From the IMG/VR virus record IMGVR_UViG_3300045988_155993: a stretch of DNA of 46,294 nucleotides; one strand, given 5' to 3'. The notes beneath the pieces were generated by a model. It ran no database searches and was not told the DNA's origin. It saw only the letters and a list, made by a program, of their open reading frames with translations. The translations under genes were made by a program, and so were the position numbers. Source of the DNA: a virus. Below, in pieces: positions 1-8,630 of the stretch; position 1 is the stretch's first letter; every line of letters starts with the position of its first letter.

Positions 1-55
1 CAAAAAGCTTTAGGAGATAAAAGGAAAGAATTCTCTTTATTTATTTGCCATTCAG
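1..55. repeat. Terminal direct repeat; identical to 46240..46294, consistent with overlap of a circular or circularly permuted assembly
   Basis: Exact 55-nt identity between the two window ends. The reading frame of the capsid gene is continuous across the junction. Confidence 0.9.
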
Positions 56-489
56 TTATCGCAACTCGTTTATTAAAATTAAACATTGCTGAATATCGTA
101 AATTCACTGTTGCGGGAGCCGTTGGAGAAATTGAATTAAAATGTATCGGTAATATGATCATTTTAGAAACTGACGACGGAACTGTTGACAGTACAACACC
201 CAACTTCCCTAAATATCATTCATATATGTTAGGTAGAGGTGTTATCTTAACAGCTACAAAAACAGTGGATAGACCATATTATCCTGATTATGACCCTGAA
301 ACTGATGGTGGTATTGATAAGCTTTACACTAAACAAGCTAGAGTATTCCATCCAAACGGTTTCTCAATCAAAGCAGATAGCATTGCAACAGAGTCTCCAA
401 CAAGAGAAGAATTAGCAACAGCATCTAACTGGGAATTAAAATTCAACCACCGCAATATTCGTATTGCTGAAATCATTTCAAACGGATAA
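1..489 (+). CDS. Major capsid protein, C-terminal part (continuation of 45715..46294 across the circular junction; unique sequence from 56)
   Basis: Frame 1 is open from base 1 with no start codon, and the terminal 18 residues of the 45715 ORF repeat at positions 1..55. The gene lies directly downstream of the scaffold gene. Confidence 0.8.
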   Translation, partial: QKALGDKRKEFSLFICHSVIATRLLKLNIAEYRKFTVAGAVGEIELKCIGNMIILETDDGTVDSTTPNFPKYHSYMLGRGVILTATKTVDRPYYPDYDPETDGGIDKLYTKQARVFHPNGFSIKADSIATESPTREELATASNWELKFNHRNIRIAEIISNG

Positions 490-497
490 TTTTATCT

Positions 498-770
498 ATG
501 GCATACATACTAGTAAAAGAAAAACCTTACTATACAAATGGCAGTAAGGTTTTTGCTTGTTCATTAAGTGCCGATAAAGTTACCGTTGATTTTAACAATC
601 CAGTTAGATTTAAAGAAGAAGTGGAATTTAACTGTATCTATACAGAAGATGAAATCAAAAGAAGATTAGGCATCTTTTTAGTAGATACATGGGATGAAGA
701 AAATCAAAAGGTCGTTAAAAAGACAAACAAAACGATTTCTACTATCCCTAACAGAACAAAAAAAGAATAA
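498..770 (+). CDS. Hypothetical head-associated protein
   Basis: 90-aa ORF immediately after the capsid gene. No recognisable motif. Confidence 0.45.
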   Translation: MAYILVKEKPYYTNGSKVFACSLSADKVTVDFNNPVRFKEEVEFNCIYTEDEIKRRLGIFLVDTWDEENQKVVKKTNKTISTIPNRTKKE

Positions 771-785
771 AAGGAGGTATTCATT

Positions 786-1118
786 ATGACGGAAGAAGAT
801 GTAATATCTTACGTTGTTGAAAAACTCCGTATCAAATACAGCGAGGATGATAAATCTAACGAGGAATTAGAGGATGCTGTAGAAGATTGTATATCAATGT
901 TCAAACGATTATCTAACCAACTTGAATTAGAAACATTTACCAATGTTGATGCAAACTGGATAAAGAGAGCTTGCGTTGAAACCATCCAACGTACAGATGA
1001 TGGAATGATAGGCATTAAAGAGTATCAAGAAGGCAATATAAGATATACATTTCAACGTGAAAATCTTTCAAGAGCCTTAGTGTTAGAGTTATTTCCTATG
1101 GTTGGTTATCCAAAATGA
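786..1118 (+). CDS. Head-tail connector protein (gp6 / SPP1 gp15-like)
   Basis: RBS AAGGAGG upstream. Size, acidic helical N-terminus and position after the capsid gene are typical of head-tail connector proteins. Confidence 0.6.
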   Translation: MTEEDVISYVVEKLRIKYSEDDKSNEELEDAVEDCISMFKRLSNQLELETFTNVDANWIKRACVETIQRTDDGMIGIKEYQEGNIRYTFQRENLSRALVLELFPMVGYPK

Positions 1119-1498
1119 GAGACAGTTTTAACCAAACTAAAAGATCATTTGATGATGTTGTCTATATTGCTCAAAAAGATACCGAAAGTAAGTTAGATGA
1201 TTACGGAAATAAAAAATATTTAGAGCCTAAAAAGTTGTTTTGTTGTGTTTCTCCTTTAGATGGCTACAGTGATGTAACAGCTTATGGAGAGAAAGTTACA
1301 AAGACATACAAGACGTTTTTAAGCAAAAGAATATTTAACAATGTTTTTCATGAAGGAGACAGAGTTTATTTAGATGGAGTTACTCCCGAAGGTGAAAAGA
1401 CATATGGTAGCAAAGCTAACTACTTGATAGACTCGGTTAGAAATCAAAACAAAAAGATATGTATTTATTTTCAAAAAATATCGAAAGGTAGTGAATAA
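1115..1498 (+). CDS. Head closure / head-tail joining protein
   Basis: ATGA overlap with the upstream gene; a 127-aa ORF in the canonical position. Confidence 0.5.
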   Translation: MRDSFNQTKRSFDDVVYIAQKDTESKLDDYGNKKYLEPKKLFCCVSPLDGYSDVTAYGEKVTKTYKTFLSKRIFNNVFHEGDRVYLDGVTPEGEKTYGSKANYLIDSVRNQNKKICIYFQKISKGSE

Positions 1499-1500
1499 AT

Positions 1501-1644
1501 ATGAAATTAAGAAATATTAAAACGAAAGTTGTAAAAGATGTTGAAGATAAAATTGTAGCTGATTATTTATCCACTAAAGAATGGGAGATTTTAGACGAAA
1601 AAGAAGATGTAGAAAAAACTCCTAAAACTCCTAAACAAGCCTAA
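1501..1644 (+). CDS. Small hypothetical protein (47 aa)
   Basis: A short ORF (MKLRNIKTKVV...) fills the gap. It is not in the supplied six-frame track. Confidence 0.3.
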   Translation: MKLRNIKTKVVKDVEDKIVADYLSTKEWEILDEKEDVEKTPKTPKQA

Positions 1645-1649
1645 TCACT

Positions 1650-2135
1650 ATGAAGTATCAAATCAACGTTGAATTAAGTCAACAAGGAATACAGCACGTC
1701 ATGGATGTGCTACAAGAGTATTCAAAAAGATTGCCTTTAGTAAGCAAAACATTTATTCAATATTCTCTTGATTTTTTAGAAAATCTAGCAAAAGAAAATA
1801 TTGATAATACTACTGGTTCAAGTGAATGGTATCAAGTAACGGGAACGTTGAAACATAGCTTTACAAAGCAATGGTCAAATTTCTACGGAGAGCTTATCAA
1901 CTATGCCATGTATGCTTGTTACGTAGAGTTTGGAACTGGTGAATTTGCTAGTAAAGGTGATGGAAGACAAGGCGGTTGGCTATTCAAAGACAAGGACGGT
2001 GTGTTGAGGTTTACACACGGGACAAAACCACATTTCTTTATGCAAAATGCAATAGACGTTTATTGGAGTGCAGGAACATATAAAACAATTTGGGATAAAG
2101 CTTTTAATGATGTTATGGGGGAGGTGCTTAAATAA
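1650..2135 (+). CDS. Tail component, HK97 gp10-family (tail-to-head joining)
   Basis: 161-aa ORF in the gp10 position with a YVEFGTGE-type motif. Confidence 0.55.
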   Translation: MKYQINVELSQQGIQHVMDVLQEYSKRLPLVSKTFIQYSLDFLENLAKENIDNTTGSSEWYQVTGTLKHSFTKQWSNFYGELINYAMYACYVEFGTGEFASKGDGRQGGWLFKDKDGVLRFTHGTKPHFFMQNAIDVYWSAGTYKTIWDKAFNDVMGEVLK

Positions 2136-2542
2136 TGGATGGTTACTTTGAAAAGTTGTTTCAAGGCTTAAAATCATATGTTAGTAGCAAAAGTATTTAT
2201 GCACCATATATTTCAAAAAAAGCGAAGGAGTCCATTTTCCCACTTGTTGTATTGTCTGTATCAAATAATACAAATATTGCAAATTTAGGATTTTATGAAC
2301 AAATCGACATGTTATCTCTAACTGTTGAAATTAGTACGATAAACCTTGAATTTGATGGAGAAATGGTGGATGCGATGATTGTAGCAAATGAATTGCATAA
2401 GTTAGTCAATGAATATATGGGTGTCATGTGCGGTTTAAAAAGAACATACGACTCGCCAACACCGAACGTGGATAAAAACGTATATCGAATTGTTATGCGA
2501 TATACAGTAAAAATTAACAGAACAAAAAATATGATCTATTAA
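2135..2542 (+). CDS. Tail completion / terminator protein
   Basis: Start codon overlaps the upstream stop. 135-aa ORF preceding the major tail protein gene. Confidence 0.5.
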   Translation: MDGYFEKLFQGLKSYVSSKSIYAPYISKKAKESIFPLVVLSVSNNTNIANLGFYEQIDMLSLTVEISTINLEFDGEMVDAMIVANELHKLVNEYMGVMCGLKRTYDSPTPNVDKNVYRIVMRYTVKINRTKNMIY

Positions 2543-2558
2543 AAAAGGAGGAAGTACA

Positions 2559-3266
2559 ATGCAATTATATGAAGAATTTGGCGATAGTCGTGTTATTACG
2601 GGTATTGGTAGTGCTTTATATTATAAAAATGGAAGCGGTAAGTTTTCTTTATTATTACCTTTAGAAACAGTACCTTCTATTGCAAGCAACCCTGAAAGTA
2701 TTGAATTTGATGTCACTACATCAACAACTAAAGGTAAAATCAACGGTAAAGTTACATTAGATGAAAAAGAAGTTGATGTATATAACCATCGAGACAATAT
2801 GAGACGTATCAAAGCTCTTGAAGGTAAGACTTTAGAATTCTTAAAAGTGTCTCCTGATTATTCAGCAGAAAGATTTACTGGTACAGTTTCAATTACTTCA
2901 CAAGACTCTACAAGTGATAACCCTGAAAAAGCAACAATGAAAATTGTTCCAAAATCATTTGAGGGATTTATTGAAAACTGTTACGATTTAATTCAACCTA
3001 CATGTCATTTTAGTTCGGAAATCGAAAGTGTTGTTTATTTAAATAGCGCTAGTAAAGACAAAACTTTCAAGGCAACAGTTGAGTTAATTCCTGCTGATGG
3101 TACAGTGAAAGCTACTTCTTTAACTCCTAGTGTTGCAACAGTTACTTGTACTGGTGGCAATTTAGTTATTACACCAGTTGTTAAAGGTAGCTGTATTGTT
3201 GAATTAGAAGCGTCTAAAGAAGAATACGCACCATGGACTACAACAATTTTAGTAATTGTTAAGTAG
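2559..3266 (+). CDS. Major tail protein with C-terminal Ig-like (Big_2-type) domain
   Basis: Strong RBS AAGGAGGAAG. 235-aa ORF with a C-terminal Ig-like segment (ATVELIPADGTVKATSLTPS...). Its position before the chaperone pair fits a major tail protein. Confidence 0.65.
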   Translation: MQLYEEFGDSRVITGIGSALYYKNGSGKFSLLLPLETVPSIASNPESIEFDVTTSTTKGKINGKVTLDEKEVDVYNHRDNMRRIKALEGKTLEFLKVSPDYSAERFTGTVSITSQDSTSDNPEKATMKIVPKSFEGFIENCYDLIQPTCHFSSEIESVVYLNSASKDKTFKATVELIPADGTVKATSLTPSVATVTCTGGNLVITPVVKGSCIVELEASKEEYAPWTTTILVIVK

Positions 3267-3300
3267 TCTTTTTTAGTATTAGAATTGGAGGATATGAATT

Positions 3301-3846
3301 ATGAAGTTATTTGAATATGAATATAACGGTGAAAACTATGTTTTTGAAACTACAAATAAAGCTAGAGCAGAATTAAAAGATTTACAAATGAAAGGTGTTA
3401 AAGATTTTAGTGCAGGTGATTATCTAGAATTAATGACAGACATTAAAAATTTAGAAATTGAAGGTGCTAAAATTGATGTAATGCCTGAAAGCGAAGAAAA
3501 AACAGAATTGGCTTCTCTTTTAGAACAAAAACTAACAGAAGTAGCAGACAAAACCCAAGCTATGTCTATCGTTTTAGATAATGCTGAATTAACAACGTTA
3601 GATACTATGTATGTGATCTTGAAAAATACTAGAAAATTCAAAGGCAATTTATCTAGAGAATTATTTGACGACATTATCTACGACATGGAAGAAAAAATGG
3701 GTGATTTAAAAGTATTTGAAATGTTGGAGGAAGCGAAGCAAAAAGCTTTTTCAGTATTCGAGGAAATGACGAAGGCGGAAGCAAAATTCAAAAAGAAAGA
3801 AACCTCACCCTCGAAGAAAAACTCGAAGAAATCCAAAATGAACTAA
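3301..3846 (+). CDS. Tail assembly chaperone (G-like)
   Basis: 181-aa acidic protein between the major tail protein and tape measure genes. The C-terminus is lysine-rich. Confidence 0.6.
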   Translation: MKLFEYEYNGENYVFETTNKARAELKDLQMKGVKDFSAGDYLELMTDIKNLEIEGAKIDVMPESEEKTELASLLEQKLTEVADKTQAMSIVLDNAELTTLDTMYVILKNTRKFKGNLSRELFDDIIYDMEEKMGDLKVFEMLEEAKQKAFSVFEEMTKAEAKFKKKETSPSKKNSKKSKMN

Positions 3847-4253
3847 AAGAATTTGAAGTAAGAAAAAAATACTCGACAGAGGAAGAATACTATTTGATGG
3901 AATTTCTTCCTCTTGCTTTAGAATATGGAATGAGCGTTGATATGTTTTGGTTTTATGATGAAGAATATTTCAAAGCATATCAAAAAGCTTATTTTAATCG
4001 TTTGAGCAGAGAAAAGTGGATAGAGGGTAAATATATCCTAGATGCTCTTTATGAAGTCTCAACAACAATTATGCCCGTTCTTTGCCACAACGGATTTAGT
4101 GGTTTCAAACCAAAGGACATAGACACAATACCTTATAAAAATAAGCCTATAGATTTTATGAATTTAGATAGGATGAAGGAGAAAGAAAAACATGAAATAA
4201 CAGAAGAAGAGAGAGAAAAAAGATACAGAGATAGATTGAATTATTGGGTGTAA
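3790..4253 (+). CDS. Tail assembly chaperone T-like extension, probably expressed as a G-T fusion by -1 frameshift
   Basis: The frame of the 3894 ORF is open upstream to about 3790 and overlaps the lysine-rich end of the G gene (AAAAAG at 3791-3796). This is the conserved G/T arrangement of siphoviruses. Confidence 0.45.
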
Positions 4254-4304
4254 TTCTAACTATCTCTTTTTTTGTTATCTCTTTTTTTATAAGGAGGTGT
4301 ATTT

Positions 4305-7300
4305 ATGGACAATCAAACGGATATTGGTGTTGTTATTTCAACAAAGATTGACAAAGCAATACAAAGTGCAAATCTTTTGAACAAAAAATTAAAAGAAACT
4401 CAAAAGAGTATGAAAAAGCTTGGTGTTGATAGTTCAAGTATTAACAGATCATTATCCAAAGTAAACACTTCTAAAATCAAAAACTTGTCTAGTGATGCAA
4501 AAAGAGCTAGTTCAAGCATGGGCGGTTTGTCAAAACAAATAAAAGAAGCTACAAACGGTTTACATAAAGGTTTTGACCTAGGAAAAATGTATTTCATGTT
4601 TAATACATTAAAACCAGTCATGCAAGGGATTGGTGGCATTATTGAAAAATCGGTTGATTATACTGAAACAGTCAACCTATTCGCTAATGCAATGGGCGAT
4701 TTAACAAGTCAAGCAATGACTTTCCAAGATAAATTGTCCGAAGCTTTCGGAACAGCTCAGACATCTATGATGAATTATCAAGCAACATACAAAAATATGT
4801 TGAGTGCATTAGGTGGTATGAGCAATGACGTTACAGAGAAATTAAGCGAGACATTAACATTGATGTCTATTGACTATGCTTCTCTTTACAACGTTGAAAT
4901 GGAGAATAGTGCTCAAAAGTTCCAAAGTGCATTATCAAGACAAGTTAGACCTATTCGTAGTACGAGCGGTTACGATATTACTCAAAATGTATTGAGCGAT
5001 TATTTACAACAAGCAGGTATCTACGATAAAGAAGTAAGTGATTTAAGTGAAATTGAAAAAAGATTATTAATTATATATTCATTGCAACAACAAATGGCTA
5101 ACTCTAGTGCATTTGGAGATTTTGCAAGAACAATTGAGAGTCCTGCCAACCAATTAAGGGTACTTCAAGAACAAATTCAAGAAGTAGGTCGTTGGTTAGG
5201 CTCTGTATTCTATGGAACTATTGGTAAGGTTCTTCCTTATATCAATGGTTTTATTATGGCTATTAAAGAAGCTGTTAAATGGCTTGCTTTATTTTTAGGC
5301 TATAGCGTAGAAGATTATGCAAGTAGCGGACAAACTTATTTTGACCAAGCTTTTGGAGACTCTGCCGACTCAATAGATGGTGTAGGGGATAGTGTTAGTG
5401 ATGTCAATGATAAGTTGGATGATACTAAAAAGAAAACAAAAGAAATCAAAGAGCAATTATCAGGACTTGATGAATTAAATGTCATTACTTCTACAAGTGA
5501 AAGTTCAAGTGGAAATGGTAGTTCAAGCGATAGTGGAGGTTTAGGAAGTGCAGGTGTTGACCCTAGACTTTTAAAGGCTATCGGTGAATATGACGATATG
5601 CTCGACAAAGTTAGAATGAAAGCTAACGATATTCGGGATAGATTAATTGAGTGGGGAAAAATCGTAGGTGGGTATGTAAACGAAAATATCTTTAAGCCTA
5701 TGGAATTTTCTTGGAATAAATACGGTGAGTCAATTCTTTCTAGGTTTCAAAGCGGATTTTCTAATTTTGGTTCAATCGTAGAAGATGCTTTCGGCATTGT
5801 TTTAAAACGAGTGCCTGAAAGTGTTGAGTCGGTAAGTTCATTATTCTTTTCTCTTTTAGATGATCTTGCGATTGCCTTTGATGGTATCTCTAAATTATTT
5901 AAAGGAATTTGGGATAACGGAGGAAATGTTTTATTTGAACAACTCATTAGATTAGCTAATGCAATCATTGATTTAGGAACATCTATTAATGATAACTTTG
6001 TTAAGCCTATTCTTAAATGGTTTGCAGATGATATTGCACCGACATTAGGTAAGGTTTTAGGTAAGATTTTAGGCTTATTTGGTAGTCTTGTAGGTTTACT
6101 TGCGGACGTTACAAAAGCTTTTGCAGAAAACAAAAATGCGGTTTCTCTCGTATGTACAGCCCTTACAGCTATGTTCACTTTATACAAAGGAGCAAAAGTA
6201 ATTGTATGGGTAAAAGGATGGATAGGTGTGTTTAAGGATTTCAAGAGTGAATTAGGACTTGTAAAAGGCACTCTATCATTGCTTGGTGAAACTAAATTTG
6301 GCGGTAAGATAGTAAATACATTTAAAGATTTGACATCTTCCGCTAAATCTACTGGAAGTACATTTAAAGATGCTAAAAACATCTTATCTAGTTTATGGAC
6401 CACTCTTACAGCAGGAAGCACACCTATGAGCAACACAGCTTCTATCTTTGGAAAATTAAGAGATATGGCATCAACTTCTACTGGTGCTGTTGGCTTATTT
6501 GCTAAAGGGTTATCTGCATTGACTTCTCCTTTAGGGTTGACGGTTGTAGGAATTACTGCTGTATCAGGTGTCTTAATGTATCTTACAAGAGATTACAACG
6601 GTACAACTGGTGCAACCGCTGAATACATCAATAAACTTAAAGATCAGCAAAAAGAATTGGATAACGTTACTAAAAAGACACAAGAAAATCAAAAAGTAAC
6701 AAGAGATAAAATTGCTACTATAGACAGCGAATACTATGCTGTTGAAAGAGCAATTTCTAAACTTGATGAAATGGTGGACTCTAACGGTAAAGTTAATGGT
6801 TCACAAGAAGTGGCTCAAACTTTAATAGATCAAATCAATTCAAAACTTGGTACTAACATCACTATTCAAGATGGTGTTATCAAGAATTGGAAAGATGAAA
6901 AAACAGCATTAGACCAAACTATTGAGTCTATGAAGTTGAAAGCCAAAGTAGAAGCTCATTATGATGCTTATGTCAAAGCTTTAAAACAAGAAAAAGATTT
7001 AAGTGTTGCTCTATCTACCGCAAAAAGGGAATTAGCTAGTAATACTGAAAAATTAAATCAAAAGAAAGAACGATTTGCTGAATTGACTAAAAAAGGCGCA
7101 TCTATGACAAGTTCAGAAGTTGCTGAATATAAAAAATTAGCAGGTCAAATTAGCGATTTAACAACTACTAATGCCCAACTTGAAAAAAATGTTAAGAGTG
7201 CACAAAAAGCTTTTGATACCAATAAGAAATCTATCACCGACTACGATAAGGCTGTTAAAGCCACAAGCGGTGATGTAAAAGATATGGCAAAAAGTATTGT

Positions 7301-8258
7301 TGCAGACTATGAAAAGATGGGCAACGACTCTAAAGCAACTTGGAAATCTATGGCACAAGGGCTTGTTGATTTAACAACTAAACATTCAGAATATGTAAAA
7401 AACAACGCTGATATGAACTCTAAAGAAGTTAAATCAAACGAAGAAGCTACTAACATTATTATCCAACACATGGTAGAAAAAGCTAAAAAGCATGGTATGA
7501 CATATGATGAAATGTTAGCTAAATTAAAAGATGCAGGGGTTAAGCTTAATGCAACTGAAAAAGCTCAATTACAAGAAGAATACAACAACTATGTTTCAAA
7601 CAAAAACAAAATAGCTAACTTGGAAGCTTCTAAATGGGCTAACATGTCAAGCCAAACATCAATCCAAATGTCTAGATTAAATTCTTATCAAAAAGCAAAA
7701 TTAGATGAAGCTTTGAATATGTTCCAACAAACTGGGGATAAATCAGGACTTCAATATTGTCAAAAATTAGCAAATGCTTTAGCAAGAAATGGTGGAGCTA
7801 CAGATGCTGAAACATTAAGAATTATCGGTCAAATTGAAAGCAGAGCAAGAGCTTGTAACCCTAATGTTAAAGTTCATACAGCTTTAGATTGGAATAGTTT
7901 GAGTAGTGTTGTTAATTCAATTTCAAGTACTGTATCAAGAGTTGTTTCAACAATTACTATGAGATTACCTCACTTTGCTACTGGTGGTTTCCCAGAAGAT
8001 GGTATGTTCATGGCAAACCACGGAGAATTAGTTGGTAAATTCACAAATGGTAAAACCGCTGTAGCGAACAATGAACAAATCGTTCAAGGTATCCAAAGTG
8101 GTGTATATAGAGCTGTTAAGGAAGCAATGGGAGAGTCTAATAACAATGGAAACAATGTTGTTCAAGTATATATCGGTAAAAAGAAAATTGCGGAGGAAGT
8201 TCAAAACGCAAACAAAGAGTCGTTGATGAAAACGGGAAAGGTAATATTTGGTACTTAA
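4305..8258 (+). CDS. Tape measure protein
   Basis: 1317-aa protein with TM-rich middle segments and coiled coils. RBS AAGGAGG upstream. Canonical position. Confidence 0.85.
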   Translation: MDNQTDIGVVISTKIDKAIQSANLLNKKLKETQKSMKKLGVDSSSINRSLSKVNTSKIKNLSSDAKRASSSMGGLSKQIKEATNGLHKGFDLGKMYFMFNTLKPVMQGIGGIIEKSVDYTETVNLFANAMGDLTSQAMTFQDKLSEAFGTAQTSMMNYQATYKNMLSALGGMSNDVTEKLSETLTLMSIDYASLYNVEMENSAQKFQSALSRQVRPIRSTSGYDITQNVLSDYLQQAGIYDKEVSDLSEIEKRLLIIYSLQQQMANSSAFGDFARTIESPANQLRVLQEQIQEVGRWLGSVFYGTIGKVLPYINGFIMAIKEAVKWLALFLGYSVEDYASSGQTYFDQAFGDSADSIDGVGDSVSDVNDKLDDTKKKTKEIKEQLSGLDELNVITSTSESSSGNGSSSDSGGLGSAGVDPRLLKAIGEYDDMLDKVRMKANDIRDRLIEWGKIVGGYVNENIFKPMEFSWNKYGESILSRFQSGFSNFGSIVEDAFGIVLKRVPESVESVSSLFFSLLDDLAIAFDGISKLFKGIWDNGGNVLFEQLIRLANAIIDLGTSINDNFVKPILKWFADDIAPTLGKVLGKILGLFGSLVGLLADVTKAFAENKNAVSLVCTALTAMFTLYKGAKVIVWVKGWIGVFKDFKSELGLVKGTLSLLGETKFGGKIVNTFKDLTSSAKSTGSTFKDAKNILSSLWTTLTAGSTPMSNTASIFGKLRDMASTSTGAVGLFAKGLSALTSPLGLTVVGITAVSGVLMYLTRDYNGTTGATAEYINKLKDQQKELDNVTKKTQENQKVTRDKIATIDSEYYAVERAISKLDEMVDSNGKVNGSQEVAQTLIDQINSKLGTNITIQDGVIKNWKDEKTALDQTIESMKLKAKVEAHYDAYVKALKQEKDLSVALSTAKRELASNTEKLNQKKERFAELTKKGASMTSSEVAEYKKLAGQISDLTTTNAQLEKNVKSAQKAFDTNKKSITDYDKAVKATSGDVKDMAKSIVADYEKMGNDSKATWKSMAQGLVDLTTKHSEYVKNNADMNSKEVKSNEEATNIIIQHMVEKAKKHGMTYDEMLAKLKDAGVKLNATEKAQLQEEYNNYVSNKNKIANLEASKWANMSSQTSIQMSRLNSYQKAKLDEALNMFQQTGDKSGLQYCQKLANALARNGGATDAETLRIIGQIESRARACNPNVKVHTALDWNSLSSVVNSISSTVSRVVSTITMRLPHFATGGFPEDGMFMANHGELVGKFTNGKTAVANNEQIVQGIQSGVYRAVKEAMGESNNNGNNVVQVYIGKKKIAEEVQNANKESLMKTGKVIFGT

Positions 8259-8625
8259 TATGGCGAATGAAAGAAGACATGACATTACAATTAGTGGTAT
8301 TACAATTAGCCTTTCCTCTAAAAAAGATACTTATTTTGACTTGGATGCAGAAGCGACAAGAAGTTGGAAAACTGGAATATTAAAAAGAAATAGAATTAGA
8401 AAGAACTGTTTAAAAATTGAGTGCTCTATGGAAAATAGGGATGCTGACTATGTGGATTTAGTTCTTGGATTGCTTGACCCTCAAGAGTTTCAAGTTGAAG
8501 TCTACGATAGATACAAGAGAGAAAAAGTTACAAAGACAATGTATTGTAGTGACCGCTCAACAGAAGATTATGAAACTGTTAGTGGTACAAAAACAACATT
8601 GTCTTTTAATTTGATTGAGGTTTAA
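8248..8625 (+). CDS. Tail component (short distal-tail-like protein)
   Basis: Overlaps the tape measure stop. 125 aa, positioned between the tape measure and tail-associated lysin genes. Confidence 0.4.
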   Translation: MVLNMANERRHDITISGITISLSSKKDTYFDLDAEATRSWKTGILKRNRIRKNCLKIECSMENRDADYVDLVLGLLDPQEFQVEVYDRYKREKVTKTMYCSDRSTEDYETVSGTKTTLSFNLIEV

Positions 8626-8630
8626 GAAAC

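Noticed and set aside
1-55. Terminal repeat as a biological direct terminal repeat or cos overhang
   Set aside because: The repeat lies inside the major capsid coding sequence with the frame preserved. An assembly overlap of a circular or permuted genome is far more likely.
5747-6436. 229-aa minus-strand ORF inside the tape measure gene, and other antisense ORFs (for example 45014..45583 antisense to the scaffold gene, and 9150..9602 and 809..1015 antisense to plus-strand genes)
   Set aside because: They lie entirely antisense to well-supported genes and have low-complexity or Ser/Leu-rich composition. No RBS was found. This is typical of antisense open frames.
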